Positions 22,301-31,025 of a stretch of 32,000 bases of DNA are shown here, piece by piece (within the stretch, counting starts at the first letter, position 1; every line of letters begins with the position of its first letter). The notes under the pieces are model-generated. The model made no database searches. It saw nothing but the letters and a program-made list of their open reading frames with translations, and was not told the DNA's origin. This DNA comes from Wolbachia endosymbiont of Cimex lectularius (GTDB taxonomy: Bacteria; Pseudomonadota; Alphaproteobacteria; Rickettsiales; Anaplasmataceae): NCBI RefSeq assembly GCF_000829315.1, contig NZ_AP013028.1:1200001-1232000 (forward strand), read 5' to 3'. A program made the position numbers and the translations under genes.

Positions 22301-22696
22301 CTAGGAGATGAATCAGAGAACTATATTATAGAAAAAGGTGAGTATGAACTATTATTAAAAGCAAACAGTAAATATTCCTCTGCGTTTGATAATAACAAAG
22401 GAGTTGTTATCCTAAACACTGAACTAAATGATGAATTAATTCTAGAAGGGCTCGCGAGAGATGTCGTGAGGCTCATCCAGGAAACTAGAAAACAAGCTGA
22501 TTTTCATATATCCGATAGAATCAGAGTAGTAATCAAAACAGAGGATGAGAAAATTAAAGAAACGGTGAATATGTGGAGTGAGTATATAAAAGAACAGACT
22601 CTTGCCTTATCTTTAGAAATTAATGTAGAAATTGAAACCAGCTTCTATTCCAAGGAATACCAAGATTTGATTGTTGGTATTAAGTTAGATTGTTAG
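19313..22696 (+). CDS. ileS: Isoleucyl-tRNA synthetase
   Basis: 1127 aa; DGPPFANGLPHYGHLLTG (HIGH-type), WTTTPWTLPSNLALA editing domain, DVKGQKLSKRLNNY (KMSKS-type). Confidence 0.98.
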   Translation: MNMKSKHYPDTTSSSDFSSLEKEIIKFWQESKIFERSVEERSKDNCFVFYDGPPFANGLPHYGHLLTGFIKDAFARYQTILQKRVERRFGWDCHGLPAEMGAEKELGISGRTEIEKFGIEKFNNHCRTSVMKFSSEWEKYVNRQARWVDFHNDYKTMDKSFMESVMWAFKQLYNKGLVYESVRVVPYSWACETPLSNFETRLDNAYKEKTSKAVTVAFELLENPQQFKQKCKLLAWTTTPWTLPSNLALAIGKDIEYCAVSVHSLVSFQCVTLESREKETWIPVSSTGMTEKSAKITSDQPNEIYIFAESYLEKFISHLEQNNIPYEKCNIKLKADDLVGLSYKPLFDYFKDTKNAFRVFIADYVTAEDGTGVVHTAPGFGEEDFYLCQSHNIPAICPIDNGGKFTAEVSDLAGVHVFDTNDTVIKKLKEQGNWFKTEQYIHNYPHCWRTDTPLIYRTMPSWYVTVTKFKSRMVELNKKVNWIPSHIRDGQFGKWLEGAHDWSISRNRFWGTPIPVWKSDDARYPRVDVYGSIAELERDFNVKVDDLHRPFIDTLTRPNPDDPTGKSVMRRVPDVFDCWFESGSMPFAQVHYPFENKEWFESNFPADFITEYIAQTRGWFYTLFVLSTALFDSEPFKNCICHGVVLDVKGQKLSKRLNNYADPMEVFDKYGSDALRFLMLSGSIVCGGNLLLDKEGNSIRDVLRNVIKPIWNSYHFFTMYANADGIKAEVCKDYQSTIDRYMISKCFEAVEGIQASMNNYNSQEACKILIDFFEVLNNWYIRRSRERFWKSDLDQDKTDAYNVLYKVFYYILRAAAPLLPLTTETIWQGLKYQETSVHLADFPQLEKFNSELIAKMDLVREICNSALSIRNTFNIRIRQPLGSMIIYHKSSCSFLEGEPLSVIPEFSPIIPGFPPVIPVRDTGIQCAADSNEYQEMIKDEVNVKSLELVNRLEGIASLELKLNFPLLGKKVPDKIKKLVQYVKEEKWRQVGNERIFLGDESENYIIEKGEYELLLKANSKYSSAFDNNKGVVILNTELNDELILEGLARDVVRLIQETRKQADFHISDRIRVVIKTEDEKIKETVNMWSEYIKEQTLALSLEINVEIETSFYSKEYQDLIVGIKLDC
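20109..20182. repeat. Palindromic element inserted in-frame in ileS (site A)
   Basis: TGTCATTCCAGTGCGTGACGCTGGAATC...GGATCCCAGTGTCAAGCACTGGGATGACA forms a near-perfect long palindrome; encodes VSFQCVTLESREKETWIPVSSTGMT. Confidence 0.85.
22051..22090. repeat. Palindromic element inserted in-frame in ileS (site B)
   Basis: Perfect stem ATCCCAGTG-CGTGA-CACTGGGAT at 22061-22083; encodes ...FPPVIPVRDTGIQCAAD. Confidence 0.8.
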
Positions 22697-22754
22697 TAGT
22701 TGCAAATTGTTAGTATTTATGCTATATTTTAGGTAATTGGGGTAAGGTTATGGT

Positions 22755-23138
22755 ATGAATGCTGTTGTAGATCCTGGTGGAGTTATTGGCTTAACTAATG
22801 GTGGTTTAGGTAAAAAAGAACCTGTTGCTGTTTCCAGTTCGGTGAAAGAGGGGAAATTTTTTGGTGGTATGACTTCTGGTTTTAACGTTCCACTGAGTAT
22901 ATCTCGTTATAAAGGTTATGACTCTGACTTTTTTACTTCCTGGTATAATATACTAAGAGAAATATTTGAAGAGATAAAGGGAATGTGCCCGGAAAAACGG
23001 GTGTTAAATTTAGCTCTGTCAGTTTTAATGCTTCCTTATATTGCTTCTGTTTCATTGGGATTAGTAGTATATAACAGATCTAAAGCAGACGGTAAAATAC
23101 AAACCAGTCCGGAGGGAAATGAAACAAAAAAAAAGTGA
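22755..23138 (+). CDS. Hypothetical protein with a C-terminal hydrophobic segment, 127 aa
   Basis: ORF with Gly-rich N-terminus and hydrophobic LNLALSVLMLPYIASVSLGLVVY. Confidence 0.5.
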   Translation: MNAVVDPGGVIGLTNGGLGKKEPVAVSSSVKEGKFFGGMTSGFNVPLSISRYKGYDSDFFTSWYNILREIFEEIKGMCPEKRVLNLALSVLMLPYIASVSLGLVVYNRSKADGKIQTSPEGNETKKK

Positions 23139-23143
23139 GGTAA

Positions 23144-23328
23144 GTGAAAGTACAGCAAAAAGATTGGCATATAGTGTTCTTGCTAGCAATAGCGATTCTT
23201 GTTAATATAGTTGTGCTTGTCACCTTAATTATTCCTGCAACACTAGCTTTGGCTACTTTTTATCTTTCGAATAAGAAGTTATCTCATTCTTTGATTGCTA
23301 CTGTTAAAATAGGTAGTGGGTTGTATAA
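23144..23328 (+). pseudogene. Hypothetical membrane ORF truncated by IS copy 3
   Basis: DWHIVFLLAIAILVNIVVLVTLIIPATLALATFYLS...; native sequence ends at the IS boundary (23329), and the annotated C-terminus KNLFKILEM is IS end sequence. Confidence 0.5.
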
Positions 23329-24187
23329 GAACCTGTTTAAAATCTTGGAAATGTGAGGTAAAGTAAGCATAGATTAATAATGAGGTGTCTATGCAGAAAA
23401 GTTATCCAAGTAATATAAGTCAAGAGCAGTTTGAAAAAATCAGGCCAATTTTGGAGAGTAGCAAGCAGAAAACAAAACCAAGAAAACTTGATTTGTATGA
23501 CGTATTTTGTGGGGTGTTGTACGTCTTAAAAAGTGGTTGTCAGTGGAGGATGTTACCAAAGGGTTTTCCAAGATGGGAAAGCGTATATTACTATTTTCGA
23601 GTGTGGAGTAAAAAGAGTGGAGAAGAGCCAAGCTTGTTGGAATTAGTCTTAAAAAAAATTAGTTGGAGAGGTCCGTATCAGCAATGGTCGGAAAGAGAAA
23701 ACTAGCTTTTGTATAATTGATTCTCAAAGCGTTAAAAACGCAGATACTGCTGAAAAAAAAGGCTATGATGCAGGTAAAAAGATTTCAGGGATAAAGCGCC
23801 ATATTGCAGTTGATACACAAGGTTTGCCACATGCAATTTATGTAACAACGGCAGAAGCAACTGACCGTAGCAGTGCTGTGAAAATGGTCGAAAATGCTAA
23901 AGCAAACCTCTCTGAAGTTAAAAACATACTGGTTGATGCTGGCTACACAGGAGAAAATTTTGCAACACAAATAAAAGCTATCATTGGTGCGACTGTTGAA
24001 GTAATAAAGCGAAGTGAGTTACACACTTTCGTTGTATTGCCAAAAAGATGGGTTGTTGAACGCTCTTTTGCCTGGTTAGAAAAGTGCAGGCGATTGTGGA
24101 AAAATTGCGAGCGGAAGCTCAACACTAGCTTACAGATGATAGTCCTCTCCTTCATTTCTCTCTGTTACGAAGATTTTAAACAGGTTC
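23329..24187 (+). mobile_element. IS5-family insertion sequence, copy 3 (859 bp)
   Basis: Same 18-bp TIRs; TAA at 23326-23328 and 24188-24190; transposase ORFs 23385-23705 and 23824 onward. One base shorter than copy 2 near the 3' end (tctctgttacg versus tctcctgttacg). Confidence 0.95.
23385..23705 (+). CDS. IS5-family transposase, ORF A
   Basis: Identical in sequence to the copy 2 ORF A product. Confidence 0.9.
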   Translation: MSMQKSYPSNISQEQFEKIRPILESSKQKTKPRKLDLYDVFCGVLYVLKSGCQWRMLPKGFPRWESVYYYFRVWSKKSGEEPSLLELVLKKISWRGPYQQWSEREN

Positions 24188-24276
24188 TAAGACGTACAAC
24201 ACCCCACAAAATACGTCATACAAATCAAGTTTTCTTGGTTTTGTTTTCTGCTTGCTACTCTCCAAAATTGGCCTGA
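23824..24276 (+). CDS. IS5-family transposase, ORF B, with C-terminus altered by a 1-bp deletion and read-through into the adjacent IS fragment
   Basis: Ends ...SFISLCYEDFKQVLRRTTPHKIRHTNQVFLVLFSACYSPKLA instead of ...SFISLLLRRF. Confidence 0.75.
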   Translation: MPHAIYVTTAEATDRSSAVKMVENAKANLSEVKNILVDAGYTGENFATQIKAIIGATVEVIKRSELHTFVVLPKRWVVERSFAWLEKCRRLWKNCERKLNTSLQMIVLSFISLCYEDFKQVLRRTTPHKIRHTNQVFLVLFSACYSPKLA

Positions 24277-24387
24277 TTTTTTCAAACTGCTCTTGACTTA
24301 TATTACTTGGATAACTTTTCTGCATAGACACCTCATTATTAATCTATGCTTACTTTACCTCACATTTTCAAGATTTTAAACAGGTTC
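24188..24387 (-). mobile_element. 200-bp terminal fragment of a fourth IS5-family copy, opposite orientation, abutting copy 3
   Basis: taagacgtacaacaccccacaaaatacgtc...aagattttaaacaggttc matches 7660-7859 of copy 1 at equal length. Confidence 0.92.
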
Positions 24388-26500
24388 TTAGAGATTTGTG
24401 CGAAGATAAAAATGATAAACTATTTGTTACACAAGATGCAGGGCACAATACCATACTAAAACTATCAGCTAATATCCATTTAAAAATGGTATTGTACCTT
24501 TGCGTGATGAGATCAGGGGTATGCTTACAACTTCGATTCAAGGATTCACAGAAGCTATGGGAGAACTGTTGAAGTTAGACAAAAAAGATATTACATATGA
24601 CAAACTGAAGGAATTGTTGAACGAGTTCAGACTGAAAGCGGTGGACAGTGTAGATTCTAAATTGACAAGTCACTTAATACAAGATGCTTACAGAGTTGCC
24701 TTTATACAAGCAATCAAAATTGCATAGCAAAGAAGAAAAGAAGGTTTTTCATTAGAAGAAAGACTGAAAGAAGTATTAGTAGAACAAGAATTAAAAAGCC
24801 AAGGTAAGAAATTGCCAACTGAAAAAGAGATTATAATAGAAGATTCAAAAAAAGCAGGAGAAGAAGTACCAGATACCTTAAAGGATAGTAATCTTCCTAT
24901 GCTTAAAGTACAATGGAAACAGCTTATAACAGAAGGCAAAATAGCTAAAAGGACAGTAATTAATGTTTGTAAGGATGTGTATCCTACAGAAACAAAGAAA
25001 GCTCTAAATAATGCTGAACAGGAGATTGAACGTTTAAGAAAAGTAAGTCGAGAGATGTGTAAAAAATTAGAAGAAGCACATAATAGAGGAAACGATAACT
25101 TAAGAGATGGCGCTTTAAAAGGGAAATTAGAAGATCTTTTTAAATTTGAAGGTAGTGATCAAGAGGTTGAGAGAAGGCTAATAAGATCGGTAATAAAAAG
25201 AGCTAAAAGTGAATTGAGACAATTGAGTATACTTGATAAAGAAGAGCCGGGCTTAGTGAGACGATTAACACAATCTATGTGGGGTACATCAAGTCAGGAT
25301 AAGGAGGAGCAGAGTCTAATGAAACGGCTTGAAGATTTAGAAAAAGAGGTAGAGGTTCTTTCGAGTGAGGAAGCTTCAAATAAAGTGAATGATTTTGTAG
25401 AAAGAATGTATTTAGAAATAAAACAGCATAAAGTGCAAGGGTTGCTTCAAGAACAAAAAGAGGGTGTCTTATATTCATGCAAGGTATTGAAAAGGTATGA
25501 ATCGGATCTAGCAGAAACTGTAGAGACTTTTCGCAAGCAAGATCTGAGATATTTAGAGGAATCTACATTTGAACAAACACTGAAAGATCAGAATGAGCGT
25601 TTAAAAGCTAAACTAAATGACAGGCAAAAGGGGCACCCGAGCATAGAGTCGATAAGAGAGCTCTTAAAAAATAACCAACAAATCCTAGAAACATTAGAAC
25701 AATTGGAGTTGAAAAAAGAGGGATTATTGATAAATGAAAAAACAGAATATGATTACAAAGAAGAACTAACGTCTCGTGAAAAGATAAAATTTGCAATCAT
25801 AGAAGATAAGCTGTTAGAAATAATAAAGTCTTCTAGTAAAGACAAACTGTTAAAGATAATAGAAAAAGCTTTTTATAAGAGTGAACTGTTGGAAATAAAA
25901 GAGACTTCTAAAGATAAGCCGTTGGAAATAATAAGACAGGTAGCAATCAAGAGGTTATTAGAAAAAGCAGAACTTGAATATTGCTTAGCAGAGAAATGTA
26001 TCAAATATCCCGTGATTGAAACGAAAAATAATATCAAACACTTTTGTCAGGCTTTATTGTCTCCTTTGATAGGCAATTTGGTAGAGAAGATAATAAATCA
26101 TATACCAAAGGATAATAAGAGTAGTGCGTGGAATCTGACAAATTTATATAAACGTGCTTGTATCGCTGTTAATTATAATACACTTGGATTGTCAGCTATT
26201 GGAGGCGAAAATAGTACAGAAGGAAAGGCGTTAAAAGTGGCACACGACACTTATGAAGAAGTAAAGGAATTTCTTCAATATTTCGAGTCAAGTTATGAGG
26301 AAGTGGGTGGCTTGATAGGTAATGTGTTTTCCGATGACGGCGAAACATTTAAAAAGGATATATGGCCTAAAATAAAAGACCATTTGTGTGAAATGTGGGA
26401 TAGATTTTTTAAGGATATTGAATTTACATTGATTAGCAAAGATGAATCAAAAAATGTTAGCAAGGAACTAGATGAGGTAAGCATAATGCAGCCACAGTAG
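24388..26500 (+). pseudogene. Large coiled-coil hypothetical protein, 5'-truncated by an IS fragment, with one frameshift and one in-frame stop
   Basis: Reads RDLCEDKNDKLFVTQDAGHNTILKLSANIHLK / NGIVPLRDEIRGMLTT...AFIQAIKIA*QRRKEGFSLEERLKEVLVEQELKSQGKKLPTEKE... . ORFs 24500-24727 and 24812-26500 are in the same frame and separated only by TAG 24725-24727. Confidence 0.75.
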
Positions 26501-26503
26501 GTT

Positions 26504-29155
26504 TTAACTGTTTAGTTCTTTCACATCTGCTACTTTGTTGCAGATAACAGTAATGATATGATTTGTTTTATCGCTATCACAGCCCATTTGAGCAAGTTCA
26601 GCGTTTCCACCGCAACCTCTTCCGGTTACAGTAGATACCAGCTCTTTTGCGCTGATCTTATCAGTTAAGTCTTTGCTTACTTTGATAATCAGCACTGTTT
26701 TGTTTTTTTCCGTTGCTGTGAAAGCTATTACAGTTTTTGGTCTTTGTTGCTGCAGAACAAATTTCCTTATTATACTTGCTGGAATGTCAGTGAAAACGTG
26801 GCTTACGAAATTCATTCCATTTATTTCAGTGCTTTTTGTGTTCTCTGTGCTTACGAGTTTTTTATAAAGGTTTTTTATTTTAGCTTCGGATTCCTTACGC
26901 TCTTGGATTAAAATACTGAGTCGGCTTATTATTTCGTTTACTGGCGCTTTTACGGATTCTGCGACTTTTTTCAAGTTGATTTCATTATCACGGACATAAT
27001 TAATTGCTTCTTGACCGGTCAAAGCTTCGATCCTTCTTACTCCAGATGCAATAGAACATTCTGTTACTATCTTAAACAAGCCAATTTCTCCAGCGCGCTC
27101 CACGTGTGTGCCACCACACAACTCCTTTGAATCTCCAATGCTTACCACTCTTACTTGATCGCCATACTTTTCGCCGAACAATGCCATAGCTCCTTCGTCT
27201 ATTGCCTGATTCATGCTCTGAATTTTTGTAGACGTGGAAAGATTTTCTCTGATTAGAGAGTTTACCATATCTTCTATTGCAAACAGTTGATCCTGAGTAA
27301 CTTGAGTGTTGTGGCTGAAGTCAAATCTCAGTCTATCTGGTGCAACTAAGGAACCTTTTTGAGTAACGTGATCACCCAAGATTTTTCTCAATGCAAAGTG
27401 CAGAAGATGTGTAGCTGAATGGTTTCTTCTTAGGTCTTGCCTTCTCTCCTTATCAATAGTTGCTGTAACTGTGTCACCTTTACAAATTGAGCCAGATTTA
27501 ACCACGCACCTGTGCAAATACAGGTCGTTAATCTTATTGGTGTTTTCCACTGTGATTACACCTAGGTCTGGTGTCATTCCAGTGCGTGGCGCTGGCTGGA
27601 TCCCAGTGTCAGCTACTTGGATAACAGAAGAGATAATGAAACTTCCGGTTTCCCCCGCCTGTCCACCTGATTCGCCATAAAAAGGTGTTTTATCAAGTAT
27701 AATGGTTACCTTCTCTCCTTCTTTTGTAGAATCAATAACTTCATTTTTAGGAGAAATTATGGCTATCACTTTTGCATCCTTTACCTCACTAAACTCATAA
27801 CCGACAAATTCTGTTTTGCCAAATTCATCGATCAAATCGAACCATATTTGCTCAACAGACTTTTCACCAGATCCAGCCCATTTAGCACGTGCTCTCTCTT
27901 TCTGCTCTTTCATTGCGTTATTAAAACCTTTTTGGTCAAAATTTATTTTCCTCTCTTTTAAAATATCAAGAGTGATATCCAGAGGAAACCCATAAGTGTC
28001 ATATAGCTTAAACGCCGATTCTCCTGGCAGAGTATCGCCTGGTTTTAAATCTGCAGTAAATTTTTCCAAAAGACTAATGCCTTTCATCAAAGTATCTTTA
28101 AAGTTCTCTTCCTCTGATTTTAACGTTGTCTCTATTGAGTTTTTAGCTCTAATTAGTTCAGGATAAACATCCCCCATATAAGCTGAGCTTGAGCTATCTA
28201 TCAGCACTGGAAAAATGCGATGGAGTAGAGAGTCATTATATCCAAGCAGGTGGATATAACGTGCAACTCTCCTGATTAATCTGCGCAGTACGTAATTTCT
28301 GCCTTCGTTTCCAGGAAGTACCCCTTCTGCAATGAGAAATATGGCTGCACGAAGATGGTCCGCGATGATTTTATGAGCTACTTTATTTTCTGTATTTCCA
28401 CAGAGCTCTTGCGACTTATTTATCAGAGCAGAAAATAGATCAATATCATAGTTATCATGAACGTTTTGCATGACAGCTGCTATTCTCTCAAGGCCCATTC
28501 CAGTATCGATGCATTTTTTTGGTAATTTTTGTAAATTACCCTCTTCATCTTTATTAAATTCCATGAATACTAGATTCCAAATTTCAACAACTCTATTGTC
28601 GTCTTGTAAGTTAGGTTTTGCATGGTCATAAAAAATTTCAGAACATGGACCACATGGACCAGTATTGCCCATGCTCCAAAAGTTGTCATCTGTTGCAATT
28701 CTGATGATTTTATCATCAGAAAAACCACTTACCTTGCGCCAAATCTCGTATGACTCATCATCAGTGTGATAGACAGTTATGGATAATCTATTTTTGTCAA
28801 GAGACAATTCTTCAGTAATGAATTTCCACGCAAGTTCTATCGCAGTTTCTTTAAAGTAATCACCGAAACTAAAATTTCCGAGCATTTCAAAAAATGTATG
28901 ATGCCGAGTTGTATAGCCAACATTTTCAAGATCGTTGTGCTTGCCACCCGCTCTTAGACACTTTTGACTTGAGACAGCGCGTTTCATCTCAGTTTTTTGT
29001 AAACCGGTGAAGATGTTTTTAAACTGCACCATACCAGCATTTGTAAACATGAGTGTTGGGTCATGCTCTGGGATCAAAGGAGAAGAAGAAACCTGCTCAT
29101 GGTTGTTACTTATAAAAAACTTTATAAATCTTTCTCTAATTTCGTTTAGCTTCAT
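26504..29155 (-). CDS. alaS: Alanyl-tRNA synthetase
   Basis: 883 aa; [82 protein letters not shown]. Confidence 0.98.
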   Translation of the reverse strand: MKLNEIRERFIKFFISNNHEQVSSSPLIPEHDPTLMFTNAGMVQFKNIFTGLQKTEMKRAVSSQKCLRAGGKHNDLENVGYTTRHHTFFEMLGNFSFGDYFKETAIELAWKFITEELSLDKNRLSITVYHTDDESYEIWRKVSGFSDDKIIRIATDDNFWSMGNTGPCGPCSEIFYDHAKPNLQDDNRVVEIWNLVFMEFNKDEEGNLQKLPKKCIDTGMGLERIAAVMQNVHDNYDIDLFSALINKSQELCGNTENKVAHKIIADHLRAAIFLIAEGVLPGNEGRNYVLRRLIRRVARYIHLLGYNDSLLHRIFPVLIDSSSSAYMGDVYPELIRAKNSIETTLKSEEENFKDTLMKGISLLEKFTADLKPGDTLPGESAFKLYDTYGFPLDITLDILKERKINFDQKGFNNAMKEQKERARAKWAGSGEKSVEQIWFDLIDEFGKTEFVGYEFSEVKDAKVIAIISPKNEVIDSTKEGEKVTIILDKTPFYGESGGQAGETGSFIISSVIQVADTGIQPAPRTGMTPDLGVITVENTNKINDLYLHRCVVKSGSICKGDTVTATIDKERRQDLRRNHSATHLLHFALRKILGDHVTQKGSLVAPDRLRFDFSHNTQVTQDQLFAIEDMVNSLIRENLSTSTKIQSMNQAIDEGAMALFGEKYGDQVRVVSIGDSKELCGGTHVERAGEIGLFKIVTECSIASGVRRIEALTGQEAINYVRDNEINLKKVAESVKAPVNEIISRLSILIQERKESEAKIKNLYKKLVSTENTKSTEINGMNFVSHVFTDIPASIIRKFVLQQQRPKTVIAFTATEKNKTVLIIKVSKDLTDKISAKELVSTVTGRGCGGNAELAQMGCDSDKTNHIITVICNKVADVKELNS
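27571..27626. repeat. Palindromic element inserted in-frame in alaS
   Basis: gtgtcattccagtgcgtggcgctggctggatcccagtgtcagctacttggataaca, same family as the ileS insertions; encodes [20 protein letters not shown] between otherwise AlaRS-like sequence. Confidence 0.82.
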
Positions 29156-29347
29156 CGTTTTTATTGAGATTATCTATGCATAATAAGTTGTAATGAGAGT
29201 AAAATCAATTCATCGATCTAAATATTAATATATAAATTATTTAGTATAATAAAAGTAATACTTACATAAAAATTTTAATAAAAAGACATAGACTGAAACT
29301 TTCGATTTGCTAGTATAGTGAATATTAATAAATTTAGGAGTAGATGT

Positions 29348-30397
29348 ATGACAAAAAGATCAAAAAACGCCTCGCGAAGGGAAGAAATGACACCGTTTGA
29401 GGGAAGGGAAACAGTTACTATTTTTTCTAGCTTGGAAGACATAGAAAAAGGAAGAAAAATATACTTTTCATTAAAAGGAGAGGGTTTAACAATTGATGCT
29501 TTTAGTATATCTGACAATTCATACAGGTTACACTTTGTTGTTGGGATGACAAAAAAGATTCCCACTCCTGAAGGGCATTGTAGATTGATGATTAATAATA
29601 TTATTTCAGATCTGAAGAGTGGGAGAATAAAAAGCAAAACAGAGTATGATTTCAGAAAATTCGACGAAAGATATCTAAAAGATCTAAAAGGACTTTTAAG
29701 TCAAAAGACTACGACAACTAGTTTACAGGAAGAATCTACTACTGAAGAAGTTGAGCATGAGACGCAGGCTACTGGGGTTACTGATAGTACAACAACAGAA
29801 TTATTTAATTCTAGCCAATCGGAAAGACCTACTACTGAAAAAGTTGAATATGAGGCGCAAGAAGATAGCGAATATTTCGCTGTAGAACCAGCTCCTTTAA
29901 AACAACAAAAACTTGATCTTGCACCAGATGAAACAACTGAAGAGATCAAACACGTAATGGAAGAAATAAAAAGGTCGAATGCTAGTCATGGAATTACAAC
30001 TGAAAGTATAGAATATGCTAGGGATATGACAAGAAAAGATGTTGCTTTTTCCTTTAGTAAAGTCACGTCAAGAAACGTACCAGCATTTTCTGAGTTGAGT
30101 AGTACAAATGCGACATTACCTCAATTGTCAAACGAATCAGGGATTGCCGGCACAACAGTAGCAGGATTATCAACATTGAGTGCTTATATTATAGCACCAG
30201 TATTATTAGTAGCTGCTGTTACTGTGGGTGGATGCTGGTTTTTGCGTAAACAGAAGAAAGAAGATAGTTACGATGTTGAAAAAGCTGGTGTAGAAAATGA
30301 AGTAGAAGCTCCATTCTCTGAAGAGCAAAATTCTCTGCTTGATGAAGTAAACATTGAGCCAGGAACATATCGATCTTTCCGACTTGATGATATTTAA
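29348..30397 (+). CDS. Hypothetical Ser/Thr/Glu-rich protein with C-terminal TM segment (349 aa from the better-supported ATG)
   Basis: AGGAG ribosome-binding site (ttaggagtagatgtATG) supports the start at 29348 rather than 29318; TM AYIIAPVLLVAAVTVGGCWFL; TTTTSLQEESTTEEVEHE low-complexity linker. Confidence 0.75.
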   Translation: MTKRSKNASRREEMTPFEGRETVTIFSSLEDIEKGRKIYFSLKGEGLTIDAFSISDNSYRLHFVVGMTKKIPTPEGHCRLMINNIISDLKSGRIKSKTEYDFRKFDERYLKDLKGLLSQKTTTTSLQEESTTEEVEHETQATGVTDSTTTELFNSSQSERPTTEKVEYEAQEDSEYFAVEPAPLKQQKLDLAPDETTEEIKHVMEEIKRSNASHGITTESIEYARDMTRKDVAFSFSKVTSRNVPAFSELSSTNATLPQLSNESGIAGTTVAGLSTLSAYIIAPVLLVAAVTVGGCWFLRKQKKEDSYDVEKAGVENEVEAPFSEEQNSLLDEVNIEPGTYRSFRLDDI

Positions 30398-30711
30398 TCA
30401 GTATGTAAAAGCCGCCATACTAAACTCTATTTATAAATTTTATAGGGTAGGAACGGAGGAAGGATGGTGGCTTAGATTACGATATGGAATTACTTAAGAG
30501 CACTCGTGAAAGTATGCGTATCAAGTAGTGATAAATGGTTTAAACATAAACTGAGTAATTTGCTCCTAAAGGCTTTTAGATTAGATCTCTTGCATAACCT
30601 AAACTAAGCAGAGAAAAAGCAAAGATTGTTAGGGTGTCATCCAAGTACCGAAATCCAAGAAAAAGGACGGTGTCATCCCAGCGCCTCCTTTCTTGTCATT
30701 CCAGTGCTTGA

Positions 30712-30732
30712 CACACAGCTGTACGAACATTG
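30712..30732. repeat. Arm of a 21-bp inverted repeat (partner 30924-30944)
   Basis: cacacagctgtacgaacattg versus caatgttcgtacagttgtgtg (one mismatch). Confidence 0.8.
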
Positions 30733-30766
30733 CAATTAGCAGGTAATTTGCGTAACAGATGGTGTT

Positions 30767-30790
30767 ATCCCAGTGCTCCGACACTGGGAT
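30767..30790. repeat. Palindromic element hairpin (ATCCCAGTG-CTCCGA-CACTGGGAT)
   Basis: Perfect 9-bp stem, same family as the pal, ileS and alaS elements. Confidence 0.8.
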
Positions 30791-30923
30791 CTAGCCTTTC
30801 CATAATCATCAAAAACGTCGTATTTTAACATAAAACAGCTACTTTTATACTCACCAACTTAATAAAATTCCTGGATGCCAGTGTCAGCTACTTGCATGAC
30901 ACCCTAGTGGTAGGCTCAAATCA

Positions 30924-30944
30924 CAATGTTCGTACAGTTGTGTG
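30924..30944. repeat. Arm of a 21-bp inverted repeat (partner 30712-30732)
   Basis: See 30712-30732. Confidence 0.8.
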
Positions 30945-30955
30945 CTTGACACTGG

Positions 30956-31025
30956 AATCTAGGATACTACTTTAGTTATAAATATTTAAGGAATTTACCA
31001 AGCGAAAAAAAAGCAAAAGAAGCCC
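30956..31025 (+). repeat. Dispersed repeat R1, copy b
   Basis: aatctaggatactactttagttataaatatttaaggaatttaccaagcgaaaaaaaagcaaaagaagccct. Confidence 0.85.

Noticed and set aside
29275-29949. Minus-strand ORFs 29275-29637 and 29701-29949
   Set aside because: Overlap the plus-strand hypothetical gene with RBS; the second is Ser/Val-rich antisense of the Thr/Glu repeats.
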